Below are positions 1 through 7,946 of a stretch of 16,919 nucleotides of DNA, in pieces. The translations under genes were made by a program, and so were the position numbers. Under the pieces are notes generated by a model. It did no database searches, had not been told where the DNA came from, and worked only from the letters and a program-made list of their open reading frames with translations. The stretch is from an uncultured Polyangiaceae bacterium (GTDB lineage Bacteria; Myxococcota_A; Polyangia; Polyangiales; Polyangiaceae): NCBI GenBank assembly GCA_964441055.1, contig CAYTYV010000029.1, forward strand, positions 9,452-26,370. The letters run 5' to 3'. Numbering within the stretch: the stretch's first letter is position 1; the number at the start of each line of letters is the position of its first letter.

Positions 1-22
1 CCCTGGCGCAAGTGGAGTTCCG

Positions 23-65
23 TCGAGGGCGACTCGGGTAACCGAGATCGCCCTCGAGCTTTTTT
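23..65 (+). terminator. Rho-independent terminator of an upstream (+)-strand gene outside the window
   Basis: Stem 23-37 (tcgagggcgactcgg) pairs with 42-57 (ccgagatcgccctcga): 15 bp with one bulged A47. The loop is a GUAA tetraloop (38-41). After 2 nt a T6 run follows (60-65). The opposite strand has no U-tract, so the terminator is unidirectional. Confidence 0.75.
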
Positions 66-184
66 GTGGTCCAAAATCGCCGCGCGTCGGTCACCCCGAG
101 GCCGCCGTAGGCTCGAGCGCATCGAAGCGCTCGCCACCTCGGCCGAATCGAGCTATCGCCAGCGGCGGAAGGCGAGGTGAAGCG

Positions 185-1246
185 ATGACGACGGTGCCGT
201 GGCAGGGAAGGGCGCTCTCGGGCGCCGACTACTCGGCGATGGAGCTCAGCTCGAGCGATGACCGGGTGTTCATGCTGGATCAGCGGCTACTGCCGCAGGA
301 GCAGACCTACCTGGAGCTCGACGGCGTGGCGGGCGTGGCCGACGGCATCCGCGACATGGCGGTTCGGGGGGCGCCAGCTATTGGCATCAGCGCGGCCTAC
401 GGCATGGTGCTGGCGGCGTGCGGCGCCCGGGACGTGGGCGCGGAGCAGTACCTGGCGGCCATGCACCGCGCCGCGGACGCCTTGCACGCCACCCGGCCTA
501 CGGCGGTCAACCTCGCGTGGGCGGCGCGCCGCAGCCTCGAGCTGGCGCGCGAGCATGCGGCGGCACCGGGCGCAGAGCGGTGGCACGCGCAGGCCGACCT
601 CGCTCGCGGCATCCACCGAGACGACGTGGCCTCGTGTCGGGCAATGGGCAAGGTGGGCGCGGAGCGGCTGCCGGATGGGGCCACCGTGCTCACCCATTGC
701 AACGCTGGCGCGCTGGCCACGGGCGGCTACGGCACCGCCCTGGGCGTGATCCGCGCGGCGGTTGAGGCGGGAAAGCGCGTTCGGGTGCTGGCCGACGAGA
801 CGCGGCCCTACCTGCAGGGCGCGCGGCTGACCGCCTGGGAGCTCGGGCAGGACGGCATCGACGTGAGGGTGATCACCGACGGCATGGCCGGTCACTGCAT
901 GAGCCGCGGCATGGTGGACGCGGTGGTCGTGGGCGCCGATCGCATCGCGGCAAACGGCGACGTAGCCAACAAGATCGGCACCTACGGCGTGGCCCAGCTG
1001 GCCCGCGCCCACGATATTCCCTTCTACGTGGCGGCGCCGTGGAGCACCATCGATCTGGACACCCCGACGGGCGCGGACATCCCCATCGAAGAGCGCAGCC
1101 CCACCGAGATGACCCACGTCGGCGGTCAGCAGATGGTTCCCGAAGGCGTCGGCGTCTACCATCCCGCCTTCGACGTCACCCCAGCCGAGCTCATCGCGGC
1201 CATCTTCACCGAGCGAGGCGCGTTCGAGCCTTCGCGGTTGCGCTAG
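185..1246 (+). CDS. mtnA: S-methyl-5-thioribose-1-phosphate isomerase (eIF-2B alpha/beta/delta family)
   Basis: 353-aa ORF with family-typical motifs: '[11 protein letters not shown]', '[14 protein letters not shown]', '[21 protein letters not shown]', '[18 protein letters not shown]', '[21 protein letters not shown]', 'FYVAAP'. An AGGCGAGG Shine-Dalgarno-like sequence lies just upstream of the ATG at 185. An alternative start at Met19 (239) is possible. Confidence 0.85.
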   Translation: MTTVPWQGRALSGADYSAMELSSSDDRVFMLDQRLLPQEQTYLELDGVAGVADGIRDMAVRGAPAIGISAAYGMVLAACGARDVGAEQYLAAMHRAADALHATRPTAVNLAWAARRSLELAREHAAAPGAERWHAQADLARGIHRDDVASCRAMGKVGAERLPDGATVLTHCNAGALATGGYGTALGVIRAAVEAGKRVRVLADETRPYLQGARLTAWELGQDGIDVRVITDGMAGHCMSRGMVDAVVVGADRIAANGDVANKIGTYGVAQLARAHDIPFYVAAPWSTIDLDTPTGADIPIEERSPTEMTHVGGQQMVPEGVGVYHPAFDVTPAELIAAIFTERGAFEPSRLR

Positions 1247-1249
1247 GCA

Positions 1250-1366
1250 CTTAGAAAAGGGTTTCGTCGAAAAAATAAGTCGAGCTTGCCTCCAGCGATC
1301 CTTGCGGGGGTTTGGGGGCAGAGGAAGGAGCGGAGCGACGACCGGAGCCCCCATCGTCAAGGCTAC
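1250..1366 (-). repeat. Copy A of a dispersed intergenic element (read on the minus strand), filling the gap between convergent mtnA and the GH31 gene
   Basis: The reverse complement of 1304-1352 is identical to 11052-11100 at 47 of 49 positions. The flanks are also alignable ('gtagccttgacgatg' vs 'gtagccttggtgatg'; 'ctggaggcaagctcgact' vs 'ctggaggacaaacttgact'). It contains the most AT-rich patch in the window (cgaaaaaataagtcgag). It starts at the GH31 stop codon. Confidence 0.7.
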
Positions 1367-3918
1367 TTGCGCACGACGATGGTGAGCCGGCGTTGCGAGT
1401 GACCGCCCTCGATCTCGAGGCGGGCGAGCGTGCGCTCAGCCTCGCGTAGCTCGAGCCTTCCCGTGCCGCGCACGTGCGCCGTCGCGCCGTCGGGCGAGGG
1501 CTGCGCACAAGGCGCCTCCGGCGAAGCGGCGCAGCTTTCGAGCGGCGCGCCTCCCCAGGTCAGGGTCAAGGCATCGCCGCTCGCATCCGCTCGGTGCACG
1601 ATCGCGTAGCGAAGCCCCGAGGCTTCGGAGAAGCTGCCGTCGGCCCCGAGGAAAGCGTAGATGACGCGATCGTCGCCCACGCCCTCTGGACCCGGTACCT
1701 CGGCCGAGGCATTGACTAGCGTCATGACGCCCGGCGGATAGGTGGGGACGATCGCTCCTGCGCGGGCGAAGGCCGGGATGTGCTCGAGCGGCGCGTCGAC
1801 CTCGACGCGCTGACCACCGTCGATGGGCGCGCCCACGTCCCAGGGATACCAACGGCCCGCGGGCAGGTAGACGCTGCGTTCGGTCGCCCCTTCCGTTACG
1901 ACGGGGGCGACGAGCACGAAGGGCCCGACCAGCACCTCGTCGGTGATGGGCCAGACTGCGGCGTCCTCGGGATAGTCGATGGCCAGCGCGCGCCAGATCG
2001 GCATGCCATTATCTGAGGCCTGCGCGGCCAGGCCCTCGAAGTATGGCACCAGCGACATGTGCAAGGCGGCGTAGCGCCGAAAGTGATCGATGGTGGCCTC
2101 GTCGTGCTCCCACGACCAGTTGCCGGGCGGCTGTGCGCCATGGTGGGTGCGCATGACCGGTGACCAGGCGCCGAGCTCGGTCCAGCGGAAGAACACCTCC
2201 TTGGTCGAGCCCGGGTTGGTCGCCGACTGGTAGCCAGCGATGTCGTGGCCGTAGGTCGAGATACCCACCAGCCCGAGGCCCACGCCCATGGGGATGATGG
2301 TGGGTAGCCCGTCGTCGACGTGCATGGAGGTGCGCTGGTCCGCCGCCCAGATGACGTCGGCCAGCTCGGGCGTGCCGAACCAGCCCGAGCGGCCGAAGAA
2401 CAGCCGCTCGACACCGTCGTCCACCCCGTCGATGGCGGCGCGCGCCACCTCTTGCCACTTCACGGGGTAGACGTTGTGCCGCTCGATCGAGGAGGGGCCC
2501 GCGTGGGTGTGCGCATCGGTGGGCAGCCACTCGGCAAAGTCGTTCATCCAACCGTCGGCGCCGAGCGCAATGGCGTCCTGCATCTTGCCCACCGCCCAGG
2601 CCACGGCATCGGGGTGATCGAGATCGATGAGGCCGGTGGCGCTGAACTTGGCACCGGTGAAGGTGTAGGGCTGGCCGTCCTGGCCCTGGACCAGCCAGCC
2701 GTGGGGCGCGGTCTGCTCCCAAGCCATGGAGCCCTCGTACACGAAGGGGTTGAAGTAGACGTGTAGGTGAAAGCCCTGTTCGTGCAAGTCGTCGGCGAGC
2801 GCCTCGAAGTCGGGGTAGAGCGAGCGGTCCACCTCCCACTCCTCGTCGAGCCGGTACGCCTCCTCGTCGGCCCAGTGGCCCCCGCGCCAGTCCTCGGTCC
2901 AGATCACGGAGACCGGGATGTTCTCCTCGCGGAGCTTCGTGGCTACTCGACGGACGTTGTCGCTGCCGAAGATGGCGTCCAGCCAGGGGGCGAAGGCCAC
3001 CCGAGGGGGCAGGCGCGGACGGCCGAAGGTGGCGGTGGCGCGCTCGATGGCCTGGGCAGGGTCGGGTCCGTCGAACAGGTGCACGGTGGCGGGAATGGTC
3101 AGCTCGACGCGGGCGGCGTGGTCCTGCTCGGAGCAGAGCGCAAAGACCGGGCGGCCATCCGTCTCGGCGGTGAGGATGTAGCCCCGCCTCGAGAGGTACT
3201 GCGGGATGGGCAGATGGCTCGAGTGCCGCCGTCCCATCACGAACCACGGGCCGTCGTAGCGGTCGTGCGGCTCTTTGCCGATGCCCTGCTCCTCCACCAT
3301 GCAGGGCACGGTCTGGCCGCGGTGGTCGACGTCCCAGGTCTGGGCGCCGAAGCCGGTGAAGTGATCGTCGGCGCTGCAGGCAAAGCCCCAGGATAGGCGC
3401 CGCTCGGGACCGTCGCCGGGCTCGATCGCCACATGCAGGTGGCCGGGATCGGGCGCGGTCAGGTGCAAGCGGGCCAGCACTGCGCCGTCGGTTGCGAGCA
3501 GATCGATGCGGGTCAAGGTCTCGCCTGCGGCTGCCGCGCCCTCATCGAGGGCCTCGTCGCCGTCGAGCAGCGTTCCCTGGTTCACCCGCACGCCACGAAC
3601 CACCCGCCACGGGCCGTGCGCCGTCTCGACGGGCTTGAAGGCGCCGAACTGCATCTCGTAGTCGGTGTCCTGATGCCGCACGGCAAAGCCGCTCAGCGAT
3701 GGCGCGTCGGCCTCGGCAGACGGCAACAAGCCGTCGAGCAGCACGCGATCCTCGGCGCCGCGCACCACCAGCCGCTCGCCGCGGAGCACGCTGCCGCGGT
3801 AGCCGCCGCCCAAGTCGAGGTGGACGGGCGCTGGGTCCATAGGCGTTCCCTCGCCGCAGGACGGCAGGGGCGAGGTGAGCAGCGCGGCGAGCAACAGCAG
3901 GATGCGGCGTGGGGGCAT
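1363..3918 (-). CDS. Glycoside hydrolase family 31 (alpha-glucosidase/alpha-xylosidase-like), probable lipoprotein
   Basis: GH31 nucleophile region 'GADGWMNDFAEWLP' aligns with the YicI-type 'GVDCFKTDFGERIP'. Also present: 'IWAADQ' (acid/base region), 'GHDIAGY', 'ELGAWSPVMRTHH'. I place the start at the ATG at 3918 (MPPRRILLLLAALLTSPLPSCGEG, a signal peptide with a Cys lipobox-like site) rather than at the ORF maximum 3987. Confidence 0.85.
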   Translation of the reverse strand: MPPRRILLLLAALLTSPLPSCGEGTPMDPAPVHLDLGGGYRGSVLRGERLVVRGAEDRVLLDGLLPSAEADAPSLSGFAVRHQDTDYEMQFGAFKPVETAHGPWRVVRGVRVNQGTLLDGDEALDEGAAAAGETLTRIDLLATDGAVLARLHLTAPDPGHLHVAIEPGDGPERRLSWGFACSADDHFTGFGAQTWDVDHRGQTVPCMVEEQGIGKEPHDRYDGPWFVMGRRHSSHLPIPQYLSRRGYILTAETDGRPVFALCSEQDHAARVELTIPATVHLFDGPDPAQAIERATATFGRPRLPPRVAFAPWLDAIFGSDNVRRVATKLREENIPVSVIWTEDWRGGHWADEEAYRLDEEWEVDRSLYPDFEALADDLHEQGFHLHVYFNPFVYEGSMAWEQTAPHGWLVQGQDGQPYTFTGAKFSATGLIDLDHPDAVAWAVGKMQDAIALGADGWMNDFAEWLPTDAHTHAGPSSIERHNVYPVKWQEVARAAIDGVDDGVERLFFGRSGWFGTPELADVIWAADQRTSMHVDDGLPTIIPMGVGLGLVGISTYGHDIAGYQSATNPGSTKEVFFRWTELGAWSPVMRTHHGAQPPGNWSWEHDEATIDHFRRYAALHMSLVPYFEGLAAQASDNGMPIWRALAIDYPEDAAVWPITDEVLVGPFVLVAPVVTEGATERSVYLPAGRWYPWDVGAPIDGGQRVEVDAPLEHIPAFARAGAIVPTYPPGVMTLVNASAEVPGPEGVGDDRVIYAFLGADGSFSEASGLRYAIVHRADASGDALTLTWGGAPLESCAASPEAPCAQPSPDGATAHVRGTGRLELREAERTLARLEIEGGHSQRRLTIVVRK

Positions 3919-4050
3919 GGCCGTATGCTGCCTCGGTCGGGCCCAGCTGGGAAGCCGTTGTCGGCGGCCAGCGCAAGCGGCCGCCAACTGGCGGCGCCCT
4001 CACCTGACCCGGGGCGATGCCAGGGGGCTCAGAGAATCGCGCTCGCTGAT

Positions 4051-5208
4051 TCAGTGATGGAACAGCCGCACGCCCGTGTGGACCAAGGTGATGCCGTAGT
4101 CGCGACAGGCGGCCTCGATGTCCGCGTCTCGGACCGAGCCACCGGGCTGCGCGATGAAGCGGACGCCGTGCATGGAGGCGTGGTCGATGTTGTCGCGGAA
4201 CGGAATGAAGCCATCCGAGACCATGGCGACGCCGTCGAGTCCGCTCATCCACTCGGCCCGCTCCTCAGTGCCGAGCGGCTCGACGGGACCGGCCATGGCC
4301 GCGGCGATGGCCTCCTTCTCGGAACGGGTCAGATCGCCCTCGATGAGCCGCACGCGCCAGTTGGTTCGCTCCTGCTTCTTGACGCCCTTGGCAAAGGGCA
4401 GCTCGAGGATCTTGGGGTGGCGGCGCAGGTGCCAGGTGTCCGCTTTGGCGCCTGCCAGCTTGGTGCAGTCCACCCGCGACTGCTGGCCCGCGCCGATGCC
4501 GATCATCTGGCCGCCAAGGGCGTAGGCCACGGAGTTCGACTGAGTGTACTTGAGCGTGATGAGGCCCAGGATCAGATCGCGCTTGGCAGCCTCGGAAAGC
4601 TCGCCGCATAGCGGCGTGGCGAGGTCGTCGGCGGAGACGGGGCGCGCGTTTCGGTCCTGCACTAGCCGCATGCCGAAAAGCTCCCGCGTTTCGCGTTCGG
4701 GCGCGGCGAAGTCGGGGTCGACCTCCAGCACCAGGTACTTGCCGCCTTTTTTCGCGGCGACGACCTCGAGCGCGCCAGGTTCGAAGCCGGGGGCCATCAG
4801 GCCGTCCGAAACGACTGGCTTGAGCACCTTGGCGGTAGCGAGATCCAGCGGATCCGAAAGGGCCACGAAGTCGCCGAAGGAGCTCTTGGGATCGGCGCCT
4901 CGCGCCCGCACGTAAGCGGTCGCCAACGGGCTGAGCTCGGCGCTGCCCACCTCGTAGGCTCGCCGTAGGTCCTCGCCCAGCGGCTCGCCCACGGCGGCGC
5001 CAGCAGGCGAGACGTGCTTGAAGCTGGTGGCCGCGGGCGTGCCGAGCGCAACGCGAAGCTCGCGGACGAGCTGCCAGCCGTTTAGCGCGTCGAGCAGGTT
5101 GATCATGGATGGCGCGCCGTTGACTACGCGGCAGGGCACTCGGTTTGGATCGATGGGCTCCGCGACGGCGTAGCGCTGATGGGGGTTGGTGCCGTATCTG
5201 AGCTTCAT
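4051..5208 (-). CDS. AICAR formyltransferase-domain protein (PurH C-terminal-domain homologue without the IMP cyclohydrolase/MGS domain)
   Basis: The 385-aa ORF starts directly at 'MKLRYGTNPHQ', the motif that opens the AICARFT domain of bifunctional PurH. Further PurH-like blocks: 'FKHVSPAGAAVG', 'DPKSSFGDFVALS', 'IGIGAGQQSRVDC', 'VSDGFIPFRDNID', 'IAQPGGSVRDADIEAAC', 'HTGVRLFHH'. A GAGGTGG Shine-Dalgarno sequence lies about 4 nt upstream. Confidence 0.8.
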   Translation of the reverse strand: MKLRYGTNPHQRYAVAEPIDPNRVPCRVVNGAPSMINLLDALNGWQLVRELRVALGTPAATSFKHVSPAGAAVGEPLGEDLRRAYEVGSAELSPLATAYVRARGADPKSSFGDFVALSDPLDLATAKVLKPVVSDGLMAPGFEPGALEVVAAKKGGKYLVLEVDPDFAAPERETRELFGMRLVQDRNARPVSADDLATPLCGELSEAAKRDLILGLITLKYTQSNSVAYALGGQMIGIGAGQQSRVDCTKLAGAKADTWHLRRHPKILELPFAKGVKKQERTNWRVRLIEGDLTRSEKEAIAAAMAGPVEPLGTEERAEWMSGLDGVAMVSDGFIPFRDNIDHASMHGVRFIAQPGGSVRDADIEAACRDYGITLVHTGVRLFHH

Positions 5209-5234
5209 GGGGCCACCTCGCGCGCCATGATGGT

Positions 5235-5258
5235 CCAGGTTCCGGTCCAGGTCCAGGT
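5235..5258. repeat. Four tandem hexamers (ccaggt tccggt ccaggt ccaggt) in the divergent purH-like/lipA intergenic region
   Basis: Read directly from 5235-5258. The repeat lies within the 101-nt region between the two divergent start codons (5208 and 5310). Confidence 0.4.
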
Positions 5259-5309
5259 CGGGCAGGGCGCACCCACCTCGCTCCCTGGCCTCGGCTCGTC
5301 CGCAGACTT

Positions 5310-6197
5310 ATGGTGAAGGCGATGGGCCGTCCTCTTGCCAAGCCCCCGTGGCTGCGGGTGCGCCTTCCCAGCGGCGAGACCCACCACCGGCTCGGGCAGA
5401 CCGTGCGCGGCCTCGCGCTCCATACCGTGTGCGAGCAGGCCCGCTGTCCCAACATGGGCGAGTGCTGGTCTGCGGGCACGGCCACGGTGATGCTCTTGGG
5501 CGACCGCTGCACGCGGGGCTGTCGGTTCTGCGCCGTGGGTAGCGGCAAGCCGAACGGCGCGGTCGACCGGGGCGAGCCCGAACGGGTGGCCGAGGCGGTG
5601 GTCCGCATGGGGCTCGACTACGCGGTGCTCACCATGGTGACGCGCGACGACCTGGCCGACGGCGGAGCCGGGCACGTGGCCGCCACCGTGACCGAGCTGC
5701 GGGCGCGCCAGCGGGGGCTGTGCATCGAGACCCTGGTCAGCGACTTCGGCGGCCAGCTCGAGGCGGTCGACGCCGTGGTGGCCGCCGGGCCCGACGTGTT
5801 CGGCCACAACGTCGAGGTGGTGCGCGCCCAGACGAGCCGGATCCGCGATCCGCGCTGCGACTTCGACCGGTCGCTGGCGGTGCTGCGTCGCGCCAAGCAC
5901 GGGGGGGGGGGCGCGCTGCTCACCAAGAGCTCGCTCCTGGTCGGGGTCGGCGAGCGCGACGAGCAGGTGCTGGAGGCCATGGGCGAGCTACGCAGCGCGG
6001 GCGTGGACATCGTGACCATCGGTCAGTACCTGCGACCGTCGCCGCGGCACGCCGAGGTGCGACGCTACGTGCCACCGCCAGTCTTCGATGGCTATCGCCG
6101 GGCTGGCTTGGAGATGGGCTTCGCCTACGTGGCCAGCGGGCCGCTGGTGCGCTCGAGCTACCGGGCTGGCGAGGCCTTCGTCCGGGCGCGCCGATGA
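5310..6197 (+). CDS. lipA: Lipoyl synthase (radical SAM)
   Basis: Auxiliary-cluster motif 'CEQARCPNMGEC' (CX4CX5C), radical-SAM motif 'CTRGCRFC' (CX3CX2C), and the C-terminal 'GPLVRSSYRAGE' (RSSY) motif. 295 aa. An alternative ATG lies at 5322. Confidence 0.93.
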   Translation: MVKAMGRPLAKPPWLRVRLPSGETHHRLGQTVRGLALHTVCEQARCPNMGECWSAGTATVMLLGDRCTRGCRFCAVGSGKPNGAVDRGEPERVAEAVVRMGLDYAVLTMVTRDDLADGGAGHVAATVTELRARQRGLCIETLVSDFGGQLEAVDAVVAAGPDVFGHNVEVVRAQTSRIRDPRCDFDRSLAVLRRAKHGGGGALLTKSSLLVGVGERDEQVLEAMGELRSAGVDIVTIGQYLRPSPRHAEVRRYVPPPVFDGYRRAGLEMGFAYVASGPLVRSSYRAGEAFVRARR

Positions 6198-6270
6198 GTG
6201 CCGAGCGCGGACGGCGCGGGCGGGCAGCGACGACTTGTCGGCGTTTTCATCCGCCTGCTACACTACCGGC

Positions 6271-6840
6271 ATGTCGACCGGGAACGACAGCTTGCTCAAG
6301 CGCGTGTCGGCCGTTATCGCCCGCACCGGGTACACCACCGGAGCGGGGCGCAAGTCGATTTTGTCGCAAGCGGCGAGCTGTTTTGCCAAGCGGCCCAGCG
6401 GCACGGGCTCGACCGTGCCGACCGGCTTCGATCCCAAGGCGGCGGTGCTGTTCGAGGCAGTGGTGGAGGCGGCGTTTCTGGTGGCCAACGCCGACGGGGT
6501 GTTCGACGAGGCCGAGCGTCGCGCCTTCGAGACGGTCGTGACCGAGGGGTGCACCAACACGGTGCAGCCGGAGGCCTTGCACAGCCTGGTCAGCGATCTA
6601 TGTGATCGGCTCGCCCAGGAGGGCATGGACTGGCGCGTACAGGCGGTGGCGGCCGCCGTGGTTCGGCCCGCCCACAGGCTCGAAGTCCTGCGCATCGCCG
6701 CCTTGATGGCGCATGTCTCGGAGGGTGTGGCCGGCGCCGAGCGAGACGTGTTGGAGCAGCTCGCGCGCCGTTTCGGCTTGGGGCCGGACGCCGTTCCGCA
6801 AGCGCTGGACCAGGCTGAACAAGCCCTGCACAACGCGTGA
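6271..6840 (+). CDS. TerB-like (tellurite-resistance TerB / DjlA N-terminal domain family) protein
   Basis: 189 aa from the ATG at 6271; the ORF-track N-terminal extension from 6088 overlaps lipA. Two helical half-repeats carry the TerB-type acidic motif: 'AAFLVANADGVFDEAERRAFETVV' and 'IAALMAHVSEGVAGAERDVLEQLARRFGL'. Third-position GC is high. The stop TGA (6838-6840) overlaps the GTG start of the next gene. Confidence 0.6.
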   Translation: MSTGNDSLLKRVSAVIARTGYTTGAGRKSILSQAASCFAKRPSGTGSTVPTGFDPKAAVLFEAVVEAAFLVANADGVFDEAERRAFETVVTEGCTNTVQPEALHSLVSDLCDRLAQEGMDWRVQAVAAAVVRPAHRLEVLRIAALMAHVSEGVAGAERDVLEQLARRFGLGPDAVPQALDQAEQALHNA

Positions 6841-7946
6841 CCATCCCGGTGACCGCTCCATCCCCGAACGCCTTCGTCGAGCTGGTCGAGCGAGTACGGC
6901 CCGAGGTGAATCGACGCTTGGACGAGCGGCTGGAGGCGCTTTCGCGCGCCGTCCGCCCCGAGGGCGTGGCCGTCACGGTCGATGCGTTCTGGGATCTGGT
7001 GCGCCGCGGAGGAAAGCGCTTTCGGGCCGGCATGGTGGTGGCGGCCTACGTGGGCGTCAAACCGCGGGCCCGTCGCGATCCCGCCATCGATGCCGGGGTG
7101 GCCCTGGAGCTGCTCCACGGCTACCTGCTGGTGCAGGACGACTGGATGGACGGCGACCGCACTCGACGAGGCGGGCCCAGCGTGCACGCCGCGCTCGGCC
7201 AGCAGCTCGGCTCGCGGGCGCTGGGCGAGTGCTCGGCCATTTTGAGCAGCGACTTCGGCTGGGGGCTGGCGATTCAGGCGCTGGCCGAGGTTCGCGCGCC
7301 TAGCCGCAACGTGCTGCGGGCGCTCGGGCTTTGGTGGGAGGCACATCGGGACGTGCTGATGGGCCAGCAGCTCGACATGCTGGGGCACGTATCGCCGGAT
7401 GGCCGAACGGTGGAGATCGAGCGCGTGCACGAGCTCAAGACCGCCAGCTACACGGTGCGCGCGCCGCTGCTCATCGGCGCGAGCCTGGCGGGGGCGCCCG
7501 AGCCCACGCTGCGCGCTCTGCGCCGCTTTGCCCAACCGCTGGGGGTGGCCTACCAGCTCCGCGACGATCTCCTGGGGGTGTTCGCTGGACCGCGGTTTTC
7601 GGGAAAGCCCCTCGGGGCCGATCTGCGGGCGGCCAAGCGCACGGCCGTGACCGTGGCAGCTGAAAGTCATCTGGATCGACGGGGGCGGGAGGCCTACCGC
7701 CAGGTGTACGGAAAACGGCGAGTCAGCCAAGCGCAGCTGGTTCGGGCAGCCGAGCAGCTCGAGCGGTGCGGCGCGCGTCGGAGCGTGGAGCTTCGCTTGG
7801 CCGAGCTCTGCAGCCGCGCCCGAGGTCGCGCCCAGAGGCTTGCGCTACATCCGCGCGCGCGGGCGTGGCTCGGCGACGCCGTCCGCCTGGTCGAGCAGCC
7901 GCTTCCGCCGCTACGAACGACCCTGGGCCGGGCCCGGTCGAGGTGA
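6837..7946 (+). CDS. Short-chain trans-polyprenyl diphosphate synthase (FPP/GGPP synthase family)
   Basis: First Asp-rich motif 'LLVQDDWMDGDRTRRG' (DDxxD), second Asp-rich motif 'AYQLRDDLLGVF', plus 'GGKRFRA' and 'KTASYT'. The GTG start at 6837 overlaps the upstream stop (GTGA). The stop at 7944-7946 overlaps the next ATG (TGATG). Confidence 0.88.
   Translation: MTIPVTAPSPNAFVELVERVRPEVNRRLDERLEALSRAVRPEGVAVTVDAFWDLVRRGGKRFRAGMVVAAYVGVKPRARRDPAIDAGVALELLHGYLLVQDDWMDGDRTRRGGPSVHAALGQQLGSRALGECSAILSSDFGWGLAIQALAEVRAPSRNVLRALGLWWEAHRDVLMGQQLDMLGHVSPDGRTVEIERVHELKTASYTVRAPLLIGASLAGAPEPTLRALRRFAQPLGVAYQLRDDLLGVFAGPRFSGKPLGADLRAAKRTAVTVAAESHLDRRGREAYRQVYGKRRVSQAQLVRAAEQLERCGARRSVELRLAELCSRARGRAQRLALHPRARAWLGDAVRLVEQPLPPLRTTLGRARSR

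Noticed and set aside
66-184. A possible SAM or other riboswitch in the mtnA leader, including a 7-bp hairpin at 114-133.
   Set aside because: I recognise no riboswitch consensus elements. A single short hairpin is insufficient evidence, and an Rfam scan would be needed to call one.
287-1360. A 357-aa minus-strand ORF antisense to mtnA. The same applies to other long overlapping ORFs in the track: 2009-3247(-), 3433-4611(+), 4265-5608(-), 5205-5900(-), 6258-7730(-), 7911-8975(-), 8227-9048(-), 9849-10880(-), 11269-12231(-), 13220-14230(-) and 14197-14919(-).
   Set aside because: Their translations are Arg/Pro/Ala/Gly-rich low-complexity strings with no motifs. Each overlaps a frame that carries clear family motifs and strong third-position GC bias. 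Long spurious ORFs are expected in ~70% GC DNA because stop codons are rare.
3919-3987. ORF-track maximal N-terminal extensions: GH31 from 3987, TerB-like from 6088, mvk from 7766, mvaD from 8752, the TPR gene from 11032 and the 724-aa gene from 14131.
   Set aside because: The extensions overlap the preceding genes or the repeat element, encode Arg/Gly-rich junk, and precede internal starts. Those internal starts give canonical N-termini (signal peptides, GHMP N-terminal motifs), Shine-Dalgarno sequences or 1-4 nt coupling overlaps.
6228-6248. A possible terminator after lipA (cgac-gactt-gtcg followed by gcgtttt).
   Set aside because: The stem is only 4 bp and the T-run only 4 nt, and it lies 30 nt before the next start. 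This is too weak to call. lipA may well be co-transcribed with the downstream genes.
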